Shown in pieces: positions 29,301 to 39,000 of a DNA stretch of 64,000 nt. A program made the translations under genes and the position numbers. The DNA comes from a virus: the IMG/VR virus record IMGVR_UViG_3300031992_000005, positions 288,001 through 352,000 of that record; one strand, written 5' to 3'. The notes under the pieces are model-generated. The model worked only from the letters and a program-made list of their open reading frames with translations. It had not been told where the DNA came from and made no database searches. Numbering within the stretch: the stretch's first letter is position 1; every line of letters starts with the position of its first letter.

Positions 29301-32300
29301 GTAAAACAGTAAAAGTATCCTATGAATGCGGAGGAGAAGACAATGAATCTATAGAAATGCATAATGATTCATTATTACCTCTCAGAGAAATTGGTATTTA
29401 TCGTCTTAGAATTAAGTGTGAGCATCCATTCCGCGTTACCTTAGTAGATAACAATGAAGAGAGAAGTAGTATAGGCTTTTATGATTCAGCCAATGATATC
29501 ATAAAAAGATCTACTATGCTTGACATAAATACCTATGATAATTTCGTCGGTACAGAAGTTGACCTCCTATTCCTAGGTCATGAAAACGACGAAGATAGTT
29601 TCTCTAAAAGTAATCCTACCCTAGAACTAAAAACTAGAATACAAGTAACAAACCTATATGATAATACGTCTGTTAGTTTTGGTTTAGAAAGAACTTACTA
29701 TAAAGTAGTAAGTGAAGAGAATTTTGAAGGATGGAAGGAAGTATTATATTCAAAAATCACTGCAATTGATCCAAGAACCTATAATATTTTCCTACCAGTA
29801 AATTCAAATGATGCTCTTCTTAAGTATACGTCAGCCATAGAAACTTTGAGAACTGTAGCCGGTCATAATGGAATTACTTGGACAAGAACTATAAAAGATA
29901 AGCCCAATTTTTCTAAGGACTTATATTACAGAAATCTTAGTTATGTAAATAGTCAAAATGCTGAAACTAATATTCCTGGACATGGATATAAGTATAATAG
30001 CTTAGATGTATCTGTGGGTCTTATTTCAAATATCGGAAATAGTTATCCAATTAAATGTTTTGGTGAGATTGAGCTAAGATACCAAGGAGACTATCTCGGA
30101 GAATACAAAACATATTACTTTTATAAACTCTTAGATGTTCCTACTGCAACTATAAAAACTACTTCAGAAGATACTTCTATTCCAGGTTTAGTTATTCCTT
30201 ACAATAGGTCAAGTGCAACCGTAGAAATAGAGCTACCTAATAATGGTAATTATAGGCTATTTTTCCAAAGAGCAGAAACGGCAGTAGAAACTGAGATAGC
30301 TAAGGATGATGATACCCTAGTTCCTATTACTGGCTCAACTACGTTAGACTTCTTTCCTATATCCGGAAGAAATAATGCATTCTCTGTATCTATTCAGGAT
30401 ATTAATAATACTGCAATAACTTTTTTAGGAACATTATATGCTAAAACGTTTGTAGATAAAAATAGTTTTGCGATAGATCAAAATGGAGAACCTCTAGTAT
30501 TTTCTGAACAAGAGGAAGTAAATAGAATAGCTGGAGTAAGTACATCTAATATTGTTAGTGTATATTGGGGAAATGGTGAAGGCGTAGCTGATTATATTAG
30601 TGGCAATTACTCATTACTATCCAGACAAGGAGAAACCAGAACCTTTATAATTCATAGAGCGGATGGAAGAATTAGTCAAAGTGAAATTGAAACCATAATG
30701 ACTAATTATAAAAGTATCTTAGGATCATTCTACTTTAATGGACAAGTATATGAAGGCTATAATATAGAGTGGAAAAGATTACTAGATCAAGCTCTCCAAT
30801 GTGGTAATGGAGTAAATCAGATATATACCTATTCAAATAATAATTATATTAAGCTATCAGATAGTATCTATTATGACTTTGATATAAATATTCGAAGAAA
30901 TCCATCTTCGTTTGCAAAGTTTAAATACTTACAAGAATTAAGAGGAAATTATAATCCTGGTGGAGATTCTATTGGACTTAATAAAACAATCATAATCGAT
31001 AACGATAATGATTTAAAGATTCCAATCGCACAGGAATGTTGGGAAAAAGGTATTGTTGCTAGAAGATTGGATGCTAATCGTCAGACTTTTACTTACCTTA
31101 AAAACGATACCACAATCACCACAGGAAGATACTTATACTTGGGAGAACAAAATAAGACTGTTAATATACTAGCTGGTGCTACGGACAAACATGTATACCT
31201 AGAAATATATTCCGTCCAACTCCCTGCAAAAAATATAGATACTACTTACGATGTAGTAGATGTAACAGCAGGAGATGAAGAAGGAAGACTTCTCCGAAGT
31301 ATCTTAAGTGAATACGGAGACGGATTGACAATAGAGTATGATGAGTATATGGGTATTGAAGTTGAAAAGTCTGTTTCTGCATTTACTGAAGTAAGTGATA
31401 ATGATTATAGAATATACTTAGATATCACTCTTCCTGAAAATAACTCTTTCTATAATTATGGTGATGATGAAAGTGAGTATGAAACTATTACTGACAGCTC
31501 CTATGGACCCTACGAGATAAGAGTGACTGATGGAGATTATAATAGTGTAACTTACTATATCTACGTCAGCCCTAGGAAAGAACTTAGCTTAGACTTATAT
31601 CAAGGACTCGCAGAGTATGATGATGTAGATAATTACTATATTGGACCTAATGACATAAAGGTTAAAACAGTCTTACTCAGTTCAAACGGAGATTTGTTCA
31701 GTATTATAGGTGAAAATATCAAGAATCATGAAATTAAGTTATTTTCCCAAGATTACTTCTATGCAGTTACTAATGCCACTGACGATATGATCAGGCGGGG
31801 ATTTTCAGTAAAATGTGATGAGCTAAGGGATGATGAATCATCTCCTTTCTGGAAATCACCTTATCCTGGTGAATATAAGTTCAAATATAATGTAACCATA
31901 CCTACTGAACAAAGTGTCACAGACCCATATGACCCAAATACTTTCTACGCTTACGACGAAAATGTTAGTGGTAATCTAAAGGAGAAAAAGATATCATATA
32001 CTCTTTTCCCTAACAGAGGCGTAAATGTAGACTTAAATAATAGGTTTGAATATGAATTCGTAAGTGAATATACAGTAGGTAGTGATAGAAAAAGAATTTA
32101 TAAAATAAAGTCAGTCAATCTTGGAGTTAGTAAAATATGGTCTCCATATAAAGAAGACTTATACTCTTCTATAGAAGTTCCGAAAGTAGATAGTAATGGC
32201 ATTATTGCTGCAAGACGTACTGGTACAGCTCCTGACTATACCTACAACAATGAGGTAGAAATAGTTGATGGAAATCCAACAAATAAGAAAGAAGAATTTC

Positions 32301-33559
32301 TTACTGGAATAATTGGTACAACAATAAGAATCCAAAAACAAGGAAGTGGAACATACATGCCAGTGACAAATGGAATTTATAGAATGAAATTAACCCTATC
32401 AATCGGAAATGCCAGAAAATCTAAGGGAGTGAGCCTTTGGGGTTATCATGGACACTGTAATATTCGACTTTCTACTCCAAGATCTCCATTCTTAAGTGTG
32501 AAACTCTATTCAGATACAATGTCTGCTCCTGGAATATATAACCTACTACCTAGTCCAATAACGGAGAAGTATGTATTATATGAACATGGATTAGATACTA
32601 ATAGTTCTTATAATGGGGTTCCACTAGGAGATCCAAGCGAATTTAAAAACTTCTATCAACCTGATTTTGAAACAGTATTATCTGCGAATTCTGACATATA
32701 CACAGACACTCGTAATGGAACGGAAGTATATTGTATAGATATGGATAATACTATTACTATTAACTATACTGCAAGTAGTACTTTCAAAAACCGAATCTTC
32801 TCTAAATATGGATTCCTGGGTGGATTCTTAATAAACAAGGTGACAAGAATTGAGTTCATTCATTATAGTGGTAGTAACACAGGTAGTTTCAATCTCTACA
32901 ATAACTCTACATTATTCTACGGAGATACGCATATAGAAGAGCGTATTCACTATGTTCAGGGAAATTCTAAAACTGGATTAGTACTAACCCCACTTAGCCC
33001 TACTACTGGATTAAGCGAAAGATATACATTATATCACACGGGGGATGATCCTACAACAGTAGTAAGAAGCCTTCCTGCAGGTGAGTTGTTCTTTGCGATG
33101 ACTAAGAAAATTTACCGAGATCACCTAGAAAATACAACCTTAAGGAGGAGAGTTAGAAGTGATAATCCTTGTACCATTAATTTCCTTAAGTGTTTCAAAT
33201 CATATGATCCAGGGATAGTTGTTATAAATGACGCAAATCCTACAAGTCCATCAGATAATTTTGAAGAAACCTATACCTCGGCCATAATTAATGGTAGAAA
33301 TGGTGACTCTGAATATGGAACAATCTACATTAGAGACATTATCACTGAGAAGAATGTAGGTACTAAGGTCTATGATGAATTAGGTCGTCCAGGAATTTTC
33401 TTAGATATTCCTAAATCAAAGTTTACTAACATAGGTAATAATATCTACGAATACGTAACAGATGAAATATATCTTAGTGATTTTATAACATTCAATAATG
33501 GTGATACATATAGTACACCTAAATCTCCAATAAGAATAAAAATACGAATTAAACTATAA
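26390..33559 (+). CDS. Giant structural protein (2389 aa), function unknown
   Basis: Uninterrupted 7.2-kb ORF in the structural operon with an ATGA overlap to the upstream gene. I recognise no catalytic motif. Confidence 0.7.
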   Translation: MIVEFENKFKVELKTPGNSFKLCTYRLGSGNDISNYFQFESLWDPDTRILNMALDLSFLRKDLVTDIDRTSDLTIAESCTYIDVYYSDLNDNIIGLAFKLKGDNENDPLNLCSFEAGREITDPTFWRNMNYINLRLPKDTKANIETLEINENTDFLEQLTSTEGINTFLVEGNKENDTILTKNSFAKHVRNTISKNNFSPMYLDYFGEKVLDIETFKYYKKIVITCVGPAKVETLENGTVTCSVNNRSSVAIKGYCLFDKYQVINDEYTLIEENLREDLSKTTLVRLIGGIETSDNVGIEIDQSGKQINIDDVDGVNSEINIAAKLTFTNKLGEEKEEITIVSNIVQINLFFSWYIEYFTSYTQKDDSGTSHPVILFDTTKENAGWTEGYRSDADEENTPGTILVYSSKRIPETGINVTADEGGSKQGIFESYFSVEIEDRGFSEEADKFIYAIKIKTKLENTEDIWCPIDPSTKESTLILMNINIGESIQEGEVSAQFYCVQRVISPLTIGRAEVKIKEQDNSRSYTWIENGVTELTFESGLGLTSLDGLFVCNPKIGYELWEVILDDEATKNLISYNVKNNIETFGATPKEDNEIFFYSRRNSELIERTLGTITFKRINNETKSYDNSYWQDRIYGDESNCATITLKRDALDSDSLWNVRSSTPYSYSDPLEGVSRRLYILSDQETQSFTIESSQSLLNHLSVTLCNYVETPPEGSGIYAETSEEREGLVTEFNKYFRVGEANSNNGNVGIKYSADTLSATITLKAINQDEYDWQPKCNNGKPIRVKISYGSEDESDPLLGRAETFYAIVRPSFAGTDITFRDTNWTDEEYPIMEEYTFPETGGNLPTYVVAPVESGSVGVFDHWIVLKKDPEITVKFQGKPDEGSVNYSCLLITKAQQSIWPALGLLTEISTKSKSEDSLSRDFDDLVIRRAAGDYDNIVEFYSDWLNQVCDHSSSRLKLSLGGAAESKTVKVSYECGGEDNESIEMHNDSLLPLREIGIYRLRIKCEHPFRVTLVDNNEERSSIGFYDSANDIIKRSTMLDINTYDNFVGTEVDLLFLGHENDEDSFSKSNPTLELKTRIQVTNLYDNTSVSFGLERTYYKVVSEENFEGWKEVLYSKITAIDPRTYNIFLPVNSNDALLKYTSAIETLRTVAGHNGITWTRTIKDKPNFSKDLYYRNLSYVNSQNAETNIPGHGYKYNSLDVSVGLISNIGNSYPIKCFGEIELRYQGDYLGEYKTYYFYKLLDVPTATIKTTSEDTSIPGLVIPYNRSSATVEIELPNNGNYRLFFQRAETAVETEIAKDDDTLVPITGSTTLDFFPISGRNNAFSVSIQDINNTAITFLGTLYAKTFVDKNSFAIDQNGEPLVFSEQEEVNRIAGVSTSNIVSVYWGNGEGVADYISGNYSLLSRQGETRTFIIHRADGRISQSEIETIMTNYKSILGSFYFNGQVYEGYNIEWKRLLDQALQCGNGVNQIYTYSNNNYIKLSDSIYYDFDINIRRNPSSFAKFKYLQELRGNYNPGGDSIGLNKTIIIDNDNDLKIPIAQECWEKGIVARRLDANRQTFTYLKNDTTITTGRYLYLGEQNKTVNILAGATDKHVYLEIYSVQLPAKNIDTTYDVVDVTAGDEEGRLLRSILSEYGDGLTIEYDEYMGIEVEKSVSAFTEVSDNDYRIYLDITLPENNSFYNYGDDESEYETITDSSYGPYEIRVTDGDYNSVTYYIYVSPRKELSLDLYQGLAEYDDVDNYYIGPNDIKVKTVLLSSNGDLFSIIGENIKNHEIKLFSQDYFYAVTNATDDMIRRGFSVKCDELRDDESSPFWKSPYPGEYKFKYNVTIPTEQSVTDPYDPNTFYAYDENVSGNLKEKKISYTLFPNRGVNVDLNNRFEYEFVSEYTVGSDRKRIYKIKSVNLGVSKIWSPYKEDLYSSIEVPKVDSNGIIAARRTGTAPDYTYNNEVEIVDGNPTNKKEEFLTGIIGTTIRIQKQGSGTYMPVTNGIYRMKLTLSIGNARKSKGVSLWGYHGHCNIRLSTPRSPFLSVKLYSDTMSAPGIYNLLPSPITEKYVLYEHGLDTNSSYNGVPLGDPSEFKNFYQPDFETVLSANSDIYTDTRNGTEVYCIDMDNTITINYTASSTFKNRIFSKYGFLGGFLINKVTRIEFIHYSGSNTGSFNLYNNSTLFYGDTHIEERIHYVQGNSKTGLVLTPLSPTTGLSERYTLYHTGDDPTTVVRSLPAGELFFAMTKKIYRDHLENTTLRRRVRSDNPCTINFLKCFKSYDPGIVVINDANPTSPSDNFEETYTSAIINGRNGDSEYGTIYIRDIITEKNVGTKVYDELGRPGIFLDIPKSKFTNIGNNIYEYVTDEIYLSDFITFNNGDTYSTPKSPIRIKIRIKL

Positions 33560-34273
33560 ATGTTCGATACAATATTTAATAGATTCAAGGACATCTGCAA
33601 TACGATAGTTACAGTTGAGCAGAAGATTGGATTTAGAAGCTTCAGACGTTACGTTATAATCCTTGTAGCAGCAGTTGTAGTATTGAAGTTCTCAACTTTT
33701 ACTAAGTCAACGGTTGAGTTCTTCGTTAATATGGTTGAAGAGTTACATGGAGAAAAAATGAGAATTCGTGACGAACTCATGTCTGAACTTAGACCAATCT
33801 TAACTGAGTTCCGTGCTACAACAGAAGCTGACCGAATCCTATATTTTGAATATCATAATTCAGAAGATAATCTTGATGGAATTCCTTTCAAGTTCTTTGA
33901 CCTTATGATGGGAAATAGTAGATTTGGTATTCCTGAAGTTCCCGGGCCAGTTTATAAAGATGTAGGGTCCTCTTTATACACAAATCTCTTTGATGATATA
34001 GGGGAAGGTAAAATCTTACACTGTTCAGGGGCAAAAGATATAGAATTTAGACAAACTTATGGTGGTGTCTTTGAATTTATAAATGAGACCGACTACTCTA
34101 GGCAACAGGTAATATTTAGTATTCCTGGGGTAAGAACACCAATAGGATTCATAATTCTAGAATGGATGTCTGACACAATTGATATTAACCTCAGGGAGGA
34201 AATATATCCTGCAGTTAATGTATATATACCTAGAATAAATGCTCTCTTAACATCAGCTAAAAATAAACTGTAA
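33560..34273 (+). CDS. N-terminally membrane-anchored protein, function unknown
   Basis: 237-aa ORF starting 1 nt after the giant ORF stop. Hydrophobic segment YVIILVAAVVVLKFSTF near the N-terminus. Followed by a strong terminator. Confidence 0.6.
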   Translation: MFDTIFNRFKDICNTIVTVEQKIGFRSFRRYVIILVAAVVVLKFSTFTKSTVEFFVNMVEELHGEKMRIRDELMSELRPILTEFRATTEADRILYFEYHNSEDNLDGIPFKFFDLMMGNSRFGIPEVPGPVYKDVGSSLYTNLFDDIGEGKILHCSGAKDIEFRQTYGGVFEFINETDYSRQQVIFSIPGVRTPIGFIILEWMSDTIDINLREEIYPAVNVYIPRINALLTSAKNKL

Positions 34274-34307
34274 AAACTCTGTTGGGAGAACTTAAAACTC
34301 TTATTAG

Positions 34308-34349
34308 GGAAAGAATAGATTGAATGATAACGTCTATTCTTTCCTTTTT
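34308..34349 (+). terminator. Rho-independent terminator
   Basis: Perfect 12-bp stem GGAAAGAATAGA (34308-34319) pairing with TCTATTCTTTCC (34333-34344), a 13-nt loop, then TTTTT (34345-34349). Confidence 0.8.
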
Positions 34350-34365
34350 ATTCTAAAAATATAAT

Positions 34366-36045
34366 ATGAAAACTGAAAGAAGAATACAGATTTCAAGAAG
34401 TAAGTATATAGAAGAATCCAGAGCAACTGCTATCCTACGCCTGAATAGATATGAATTTAGGAAAGGAGAACTTGTTACTGTCATCTATAAGAAACCTGAA
34501 GATTTCATGTCCCGCTTCAATAATCAAATTGATGGGGTGACTATCGTTGGTAATCTGGAGTATGGTAGTAATCCAGGGCTTGGGGCTCTCATAGCCGTTG
34601 GTATAGCTAATGGAAAGGGAGAGAAATACTATAGACTTATTAGCGGAGGAGGCGTAGTTAAAGTTAGAGGTGTACTTGAATATCTTGCTGATGTAGCCCT
34701 CCTAACAAATGCTATTAACCTAGATGTAGGAGAGGTTTATGTTTGTAAGAGTGATGGAGACGGAAAATGGTATTACGTATACAAGCCAAAAGACTCTGAC
34801 GAGCGTGTCCTAGAACCTATCACAGGCGGACCTTATATCTTCCTTGATACAGGAACGGGTTATAGATGGTTTTACAGTGGAGACTTCAATGAAGGTACAC
34901 AAGACTGTAAACGAGAAGATGATTTCTTAGCAGGAGCAAAGACTCAAAAAATCCTAGAGACGCTCCTAACAAGTAATCTAAAACTAAACTTAGAATCTCT
35001 TAGTGGTGATACTATTAATCCTGGAGATGAAGGGAATCCACTAATATTCAAAGCCTCTGCTTCAGATGAAACAAGCGGAGAAAATCTAACGGAAAAATGC
35101 AAATTCTACATTATTGTAGATGGACAAGAAAGAGAAATTACTCTTGATAGTGACGGAAGATTTACTATTCCAGGGAATTTCTTAGGAGAAGATGATACTG
35201 ATAAAACAATAACTGTTATTGCTAAATATGGTATCGTCGATGATTATTATACTGAAATAAAAAATACATACACTATCTTCAAGGGATTTGAAGTATATTT
35301 CTTCAAAGTAGAGAAAGATGAATTACCACCAGGCAATGCGTCTTCTTACGAAATAGTTAACAAACTACAGGGAATTGAACCAGTTATTAGGAAAAAAGAA
35401 AATATAAGTTGGGATGATATCATTCTGAATTACCAAAGAACTGGTGTTGCATTCCCTTCTATTTTTGGAAATATAAGTCATATCTATGATGATAATGGAC
35501 TAGATTATATTAGAACCTACACAGCCTATTCAATAACTCTGAATGGAGAAGATTATACTGTATTCATTAAAGATGACCCAGTTCAGATAGATTCATTCTA
35601 TCAGGAATATAGTTTTGATAGAGCCTCTCAGGATGAAAATGAAGAAGAGCTTAATGTAAACACCTTAAAAGAACTTCTCAATTCATGGAACAGTAGAAAT
35701 GGAGCACAGGGTCTTCTGATGCTGAATAATTATGGCAGAATTCCCGAAAGAATCTTTGATAATATTAGCATTGAGCAAGCTTTTCCTGTCATAAGGGGAT
35801 TTGTAGAAGAAGCTCCTACCAGTGGAATGGTAACCGGAGATGTTTATTACCTAACGGGACAGAAAAAGCTCTTTACTGCTACTAGCCCATCTAATGGGGT
35901 ATTATCAGACCTATCAACAAAAACAATATACTATTATAATGGAAAATTATATATTGTTAATAAATCAGGAGGATTAGGCCCAATTAGTAGTGAATCAGAT
36001 AATATGACTTCTAGAGTAATTAATAGTATTGTAGATATATTTTAA
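34366..36045 (+). CDS. Fibre-module protein sharing a C-terminal domain with 49672 and 51353 products
   Basis: 559-aa ORF. The C-terminal segment NYQRTGVAFPSIFGNISHIYDDNGLDYIRTYTAYSITLNGEDYTVFIK aligns with NYQKVCAAFPAYLGDVESIKDANGFEYIDSYTKTTLDIGGITYNVYVL of the 51353 product. Confidence 0.6.
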   Translation: MKTERRIQISRSKYIEESRATAILRLNRYEFRKGELVTVIYKKPEDFMSRFNNQIDGVTIVGNLEYGSNPGLGALIAVGIANGKGEKYYRLISGGGVVKVRGVLEYLADVALLTNAINLDVGEVYVCKSDGDGKWYYVYKPKDSDERVLEPITGGPYIFLDTGTGYRWFYSGDFNEGTQDCKREDDFLAGAKTQKILETLLTSNLKLNLESLSGDTINPGDEGNPLIFKASASDETSGENLTEKCKFYIIVDGQEREITLDSDGRFTIPGNFLGEDDTDKTITVIAKYGIVDDYYTEIKNTYTIFKGFEVYFFKVEKDELPPGNASSYEIVNKLQGIEPVIRKKENISWDDIILNYQRTGVAFPSIFGNISHIYDDNGLDYIRTYTAYSITLNGEDYTVFIKDDPVQIDSFYQEYSFDRASQDENEEELNVNTLKELLNSWNSRNGAQGLLMLNNYGRIPERIFDNISIEQAFPVIRGFVEEAPTSGMVTGDVYYLTGQKKLFTATSPSNGVLSDLSTKTIYYYNGKLYIVNKSGGLGPISSESDNMTSRVINSIVDIF

Positions 36046-36048
36046 ATT

Positions 36049-39000
36049 ATGGCAGAGGATACAAAATTACAAGGAACGAACATTGCCTCAAGAATTGTAC
36101 CATTCGATTCTCAGGATACCTTTCCTACCCACGAAGCCTTCTATGGTAGAGGTGGTTATAGAACAGTAGAGGACATTGCAAGCCGAGATGCCATTCCAGA
36201 ACAACGACTGGAAGAGGGTATGCTTGTGTACTGTAAAAATGACCCTACTGGCGTTCATACTTATAGATATATGGGTATGAAAGAAGGAACTAATACACGT
36301 ATTTGGAAAGAATTGAAGCTAGAGGGAACTGGAGTGCCTATCTATACTAATGCCAACGTCGAGGAGATGAGAGAAGCTGGTGTTAACGTAGATGAAATGG
36401 ATTACATAACTATTCCAGACGACGATGATATTGAGGGTGAGGTAACAAATAAAACTTATGAAACCACACAAAATGGTACTTATGTTGACATTCTATTCAA
36501 GGCACTTAGAGCATTACAATCCGAGGTTGCAAAACTTAAAAACTCGTTCCTTTATGGTATTGAGTCTTATAGCGGAACTGATACAGCAATGGCGGCTATA
36601 AGTGAAGAACTTGAAGAAGCCATAGCAGAAGAACCTCTTTGGGCAGTAGAAGAAGATGGACTTAGCAGCGTGTATGATTTGTTTGAAGCAGCCCCAGAAG
36701 CAATTCCAGCTGAATTTGAAGCAAGAGAGTCTAGTACTGTAGTTGCAACAGAAGATCATACCGGCGGACGATACTACGTTACAATCGACAGCCCTATAAA
36801 TATTCCAGTCACATGGAATGCGATCGAAAGAAGTGAGATAGGTAAAATAACCGATAGTAAACTATTTCTCTATCTAACTACTACTGGAGAGAATAATGCG
36901 GGGCTAAAATACGTTGTACATATTCAAGAGGACAGATTAGATGGAACCTCTAGAGAAATAGACTTCGACCTAAGACCATTAATAACTAGTGGTAGTATTA
37001 CATCTAGTAGTAAGGTATACAATACTTTAATTGTTATCAGTAGAAAACAAAAAGTAGCTACTTCTGCCAAAACAGATGAGGAGGGAAATATTTTACCACC
37101 TACTACCGAATATTATGGAAGTAATTTCATTTGGATAAGTGTATCAGACCCAGTTACAAATTCAACCATAAAGGAGGGATATTGGAAAGATAATACCATT
37201 TACGATGATCTTACCCAAGTCGATGAAGATACAGTATTTTACGATGGCATCCTTTCCTTAAGATCCGTTGATTTTTATAGTACTGTAATCTCTAAATTTC
37301 ACCTCTACTCCAAGTATCAAGATTTCACTAAAGGCGTAATACCTAGTAAACCATCAGATGATACTTGGAAATTTAAAGCTGCCCATATTACTATTAGGTC
37401 AGTTGATACTTTTGAAACATTAAAAGAGCTCAAAGATAAATTATTAAATAATGAATTAATATTAGTAGAGAGCTCATATACATTATATATAAAAATAGAT
37501 AATAAACTTGTTGCTATCGGCAGTCAATCTTCTCCAGGTGGAGGAGGGTCTAGCGAAGACGGAGGTAGTAGCGAAGATGAAGATACTGGTATGACAAAAA
37601 CAGAAATTATTCAATGGCTAAGTGAAAACGGAATAGTCGTTACAGAAAATGGAGGAGATCTTGTTCTTAATGATGTTGCGGACATAACATTTAAGCATGA
37701 GGGTACTGGGAAAACCTTCAAATTTACCGTTAATGAAAACGGTGAACTTGAAAGTCAGGAAATCCCCGATAAAACAATAAGCGAAGATTTAAAAGATTAT
37801 ACTCTCAAGGGAGACATGAATCTTCGAGGTTTTATTGCACAATATAGACTAAGAAGTAATGTCAATCAGACAGGTAATGCTAAACTAAAGAGTGATAGAT
37901 TAAAAATTGGTTCATTCTATGCACCTCTTAGTGGAGATGTTGTTCATGGATGTACTCACTCATTTATTGAGTTAGAAAATACTTCGGATATAGATATTCC
38001 ATTGAAAGGAATTTATCTACATGTAACTAAACCCGCGATTAATTCCTCAGGTGACGTAGTCCAAAACATATATAGTCTAGAATTAACAGGTATTATTCCA
38101 TCTGGAGGAACTTATTTAATAAGAGGCGCAAGACATGCAGAAGATGATGATGCTAATGCTTTTATAAAAGTAAAAACTTACGATCAAGAGTGGTATGTAG
38201 ACAGCCCTACTGATAGTGATAAGAAAGAATTACTTTCTCTAGAGATATTAGAAGATATTAATTACGGAGCTTCAGGAAATCCATATGGTCACGGTATTTG
38301 TCTAACTTATGGAAACTCTGGTTTTACTGGAGGAGATGGTGATAAAGTAGGACCTAGAACACAATTAGTTCGCGGAACTATAGCAAACGAAAAGTTTGAC
38401 AGTGTTACAATCATTGAATCCGGTGCATTGAAAAACAAAGAGGACTACCCTTATTGCTATCATAAAAACTTCATAGATGGTATATGTTACTATTTTGCAG
38501 TAAAATCAGGTAACTCTCCATATTGGGCAACTAATGCTATCGGTAAAAATGACGACAAGAGGACAATGTCTAATGTTATGTATAGAAATATGTTCGAACT
38601 TGATCCAGCTAATCAAGCCTATCAAGCATTGAATTCAAAAGATAGTTCAAGAAGAAGATGGGATAAGAACGGAACCGATGTTCAATTACTGGACTTATCT
38701 AAAGAATATATTTCTTTCCCAAAAACAGAAGACATCTACCCTTTATCTAAGTTTACTCCAAAAGCTTCTTGGGAACATCGCAATGTATGTACAGATAAAT
38801 CTAAGCTTGATCCTAACAAACCAAATATGGTAACTTGCTCCTTTGGTATTAATATCTATACCACTAGATGCTTTAACTGGATCTCCTTAGGATATTTTGA
38901 TGAATACATTTGGATAAAGAAAACGAAGGTTGGAAATAATTCTGTTAATGAGTCATGGAAAAGATTTGAATCTTACAAGGAAATAAGTGAGGAAACAGCT

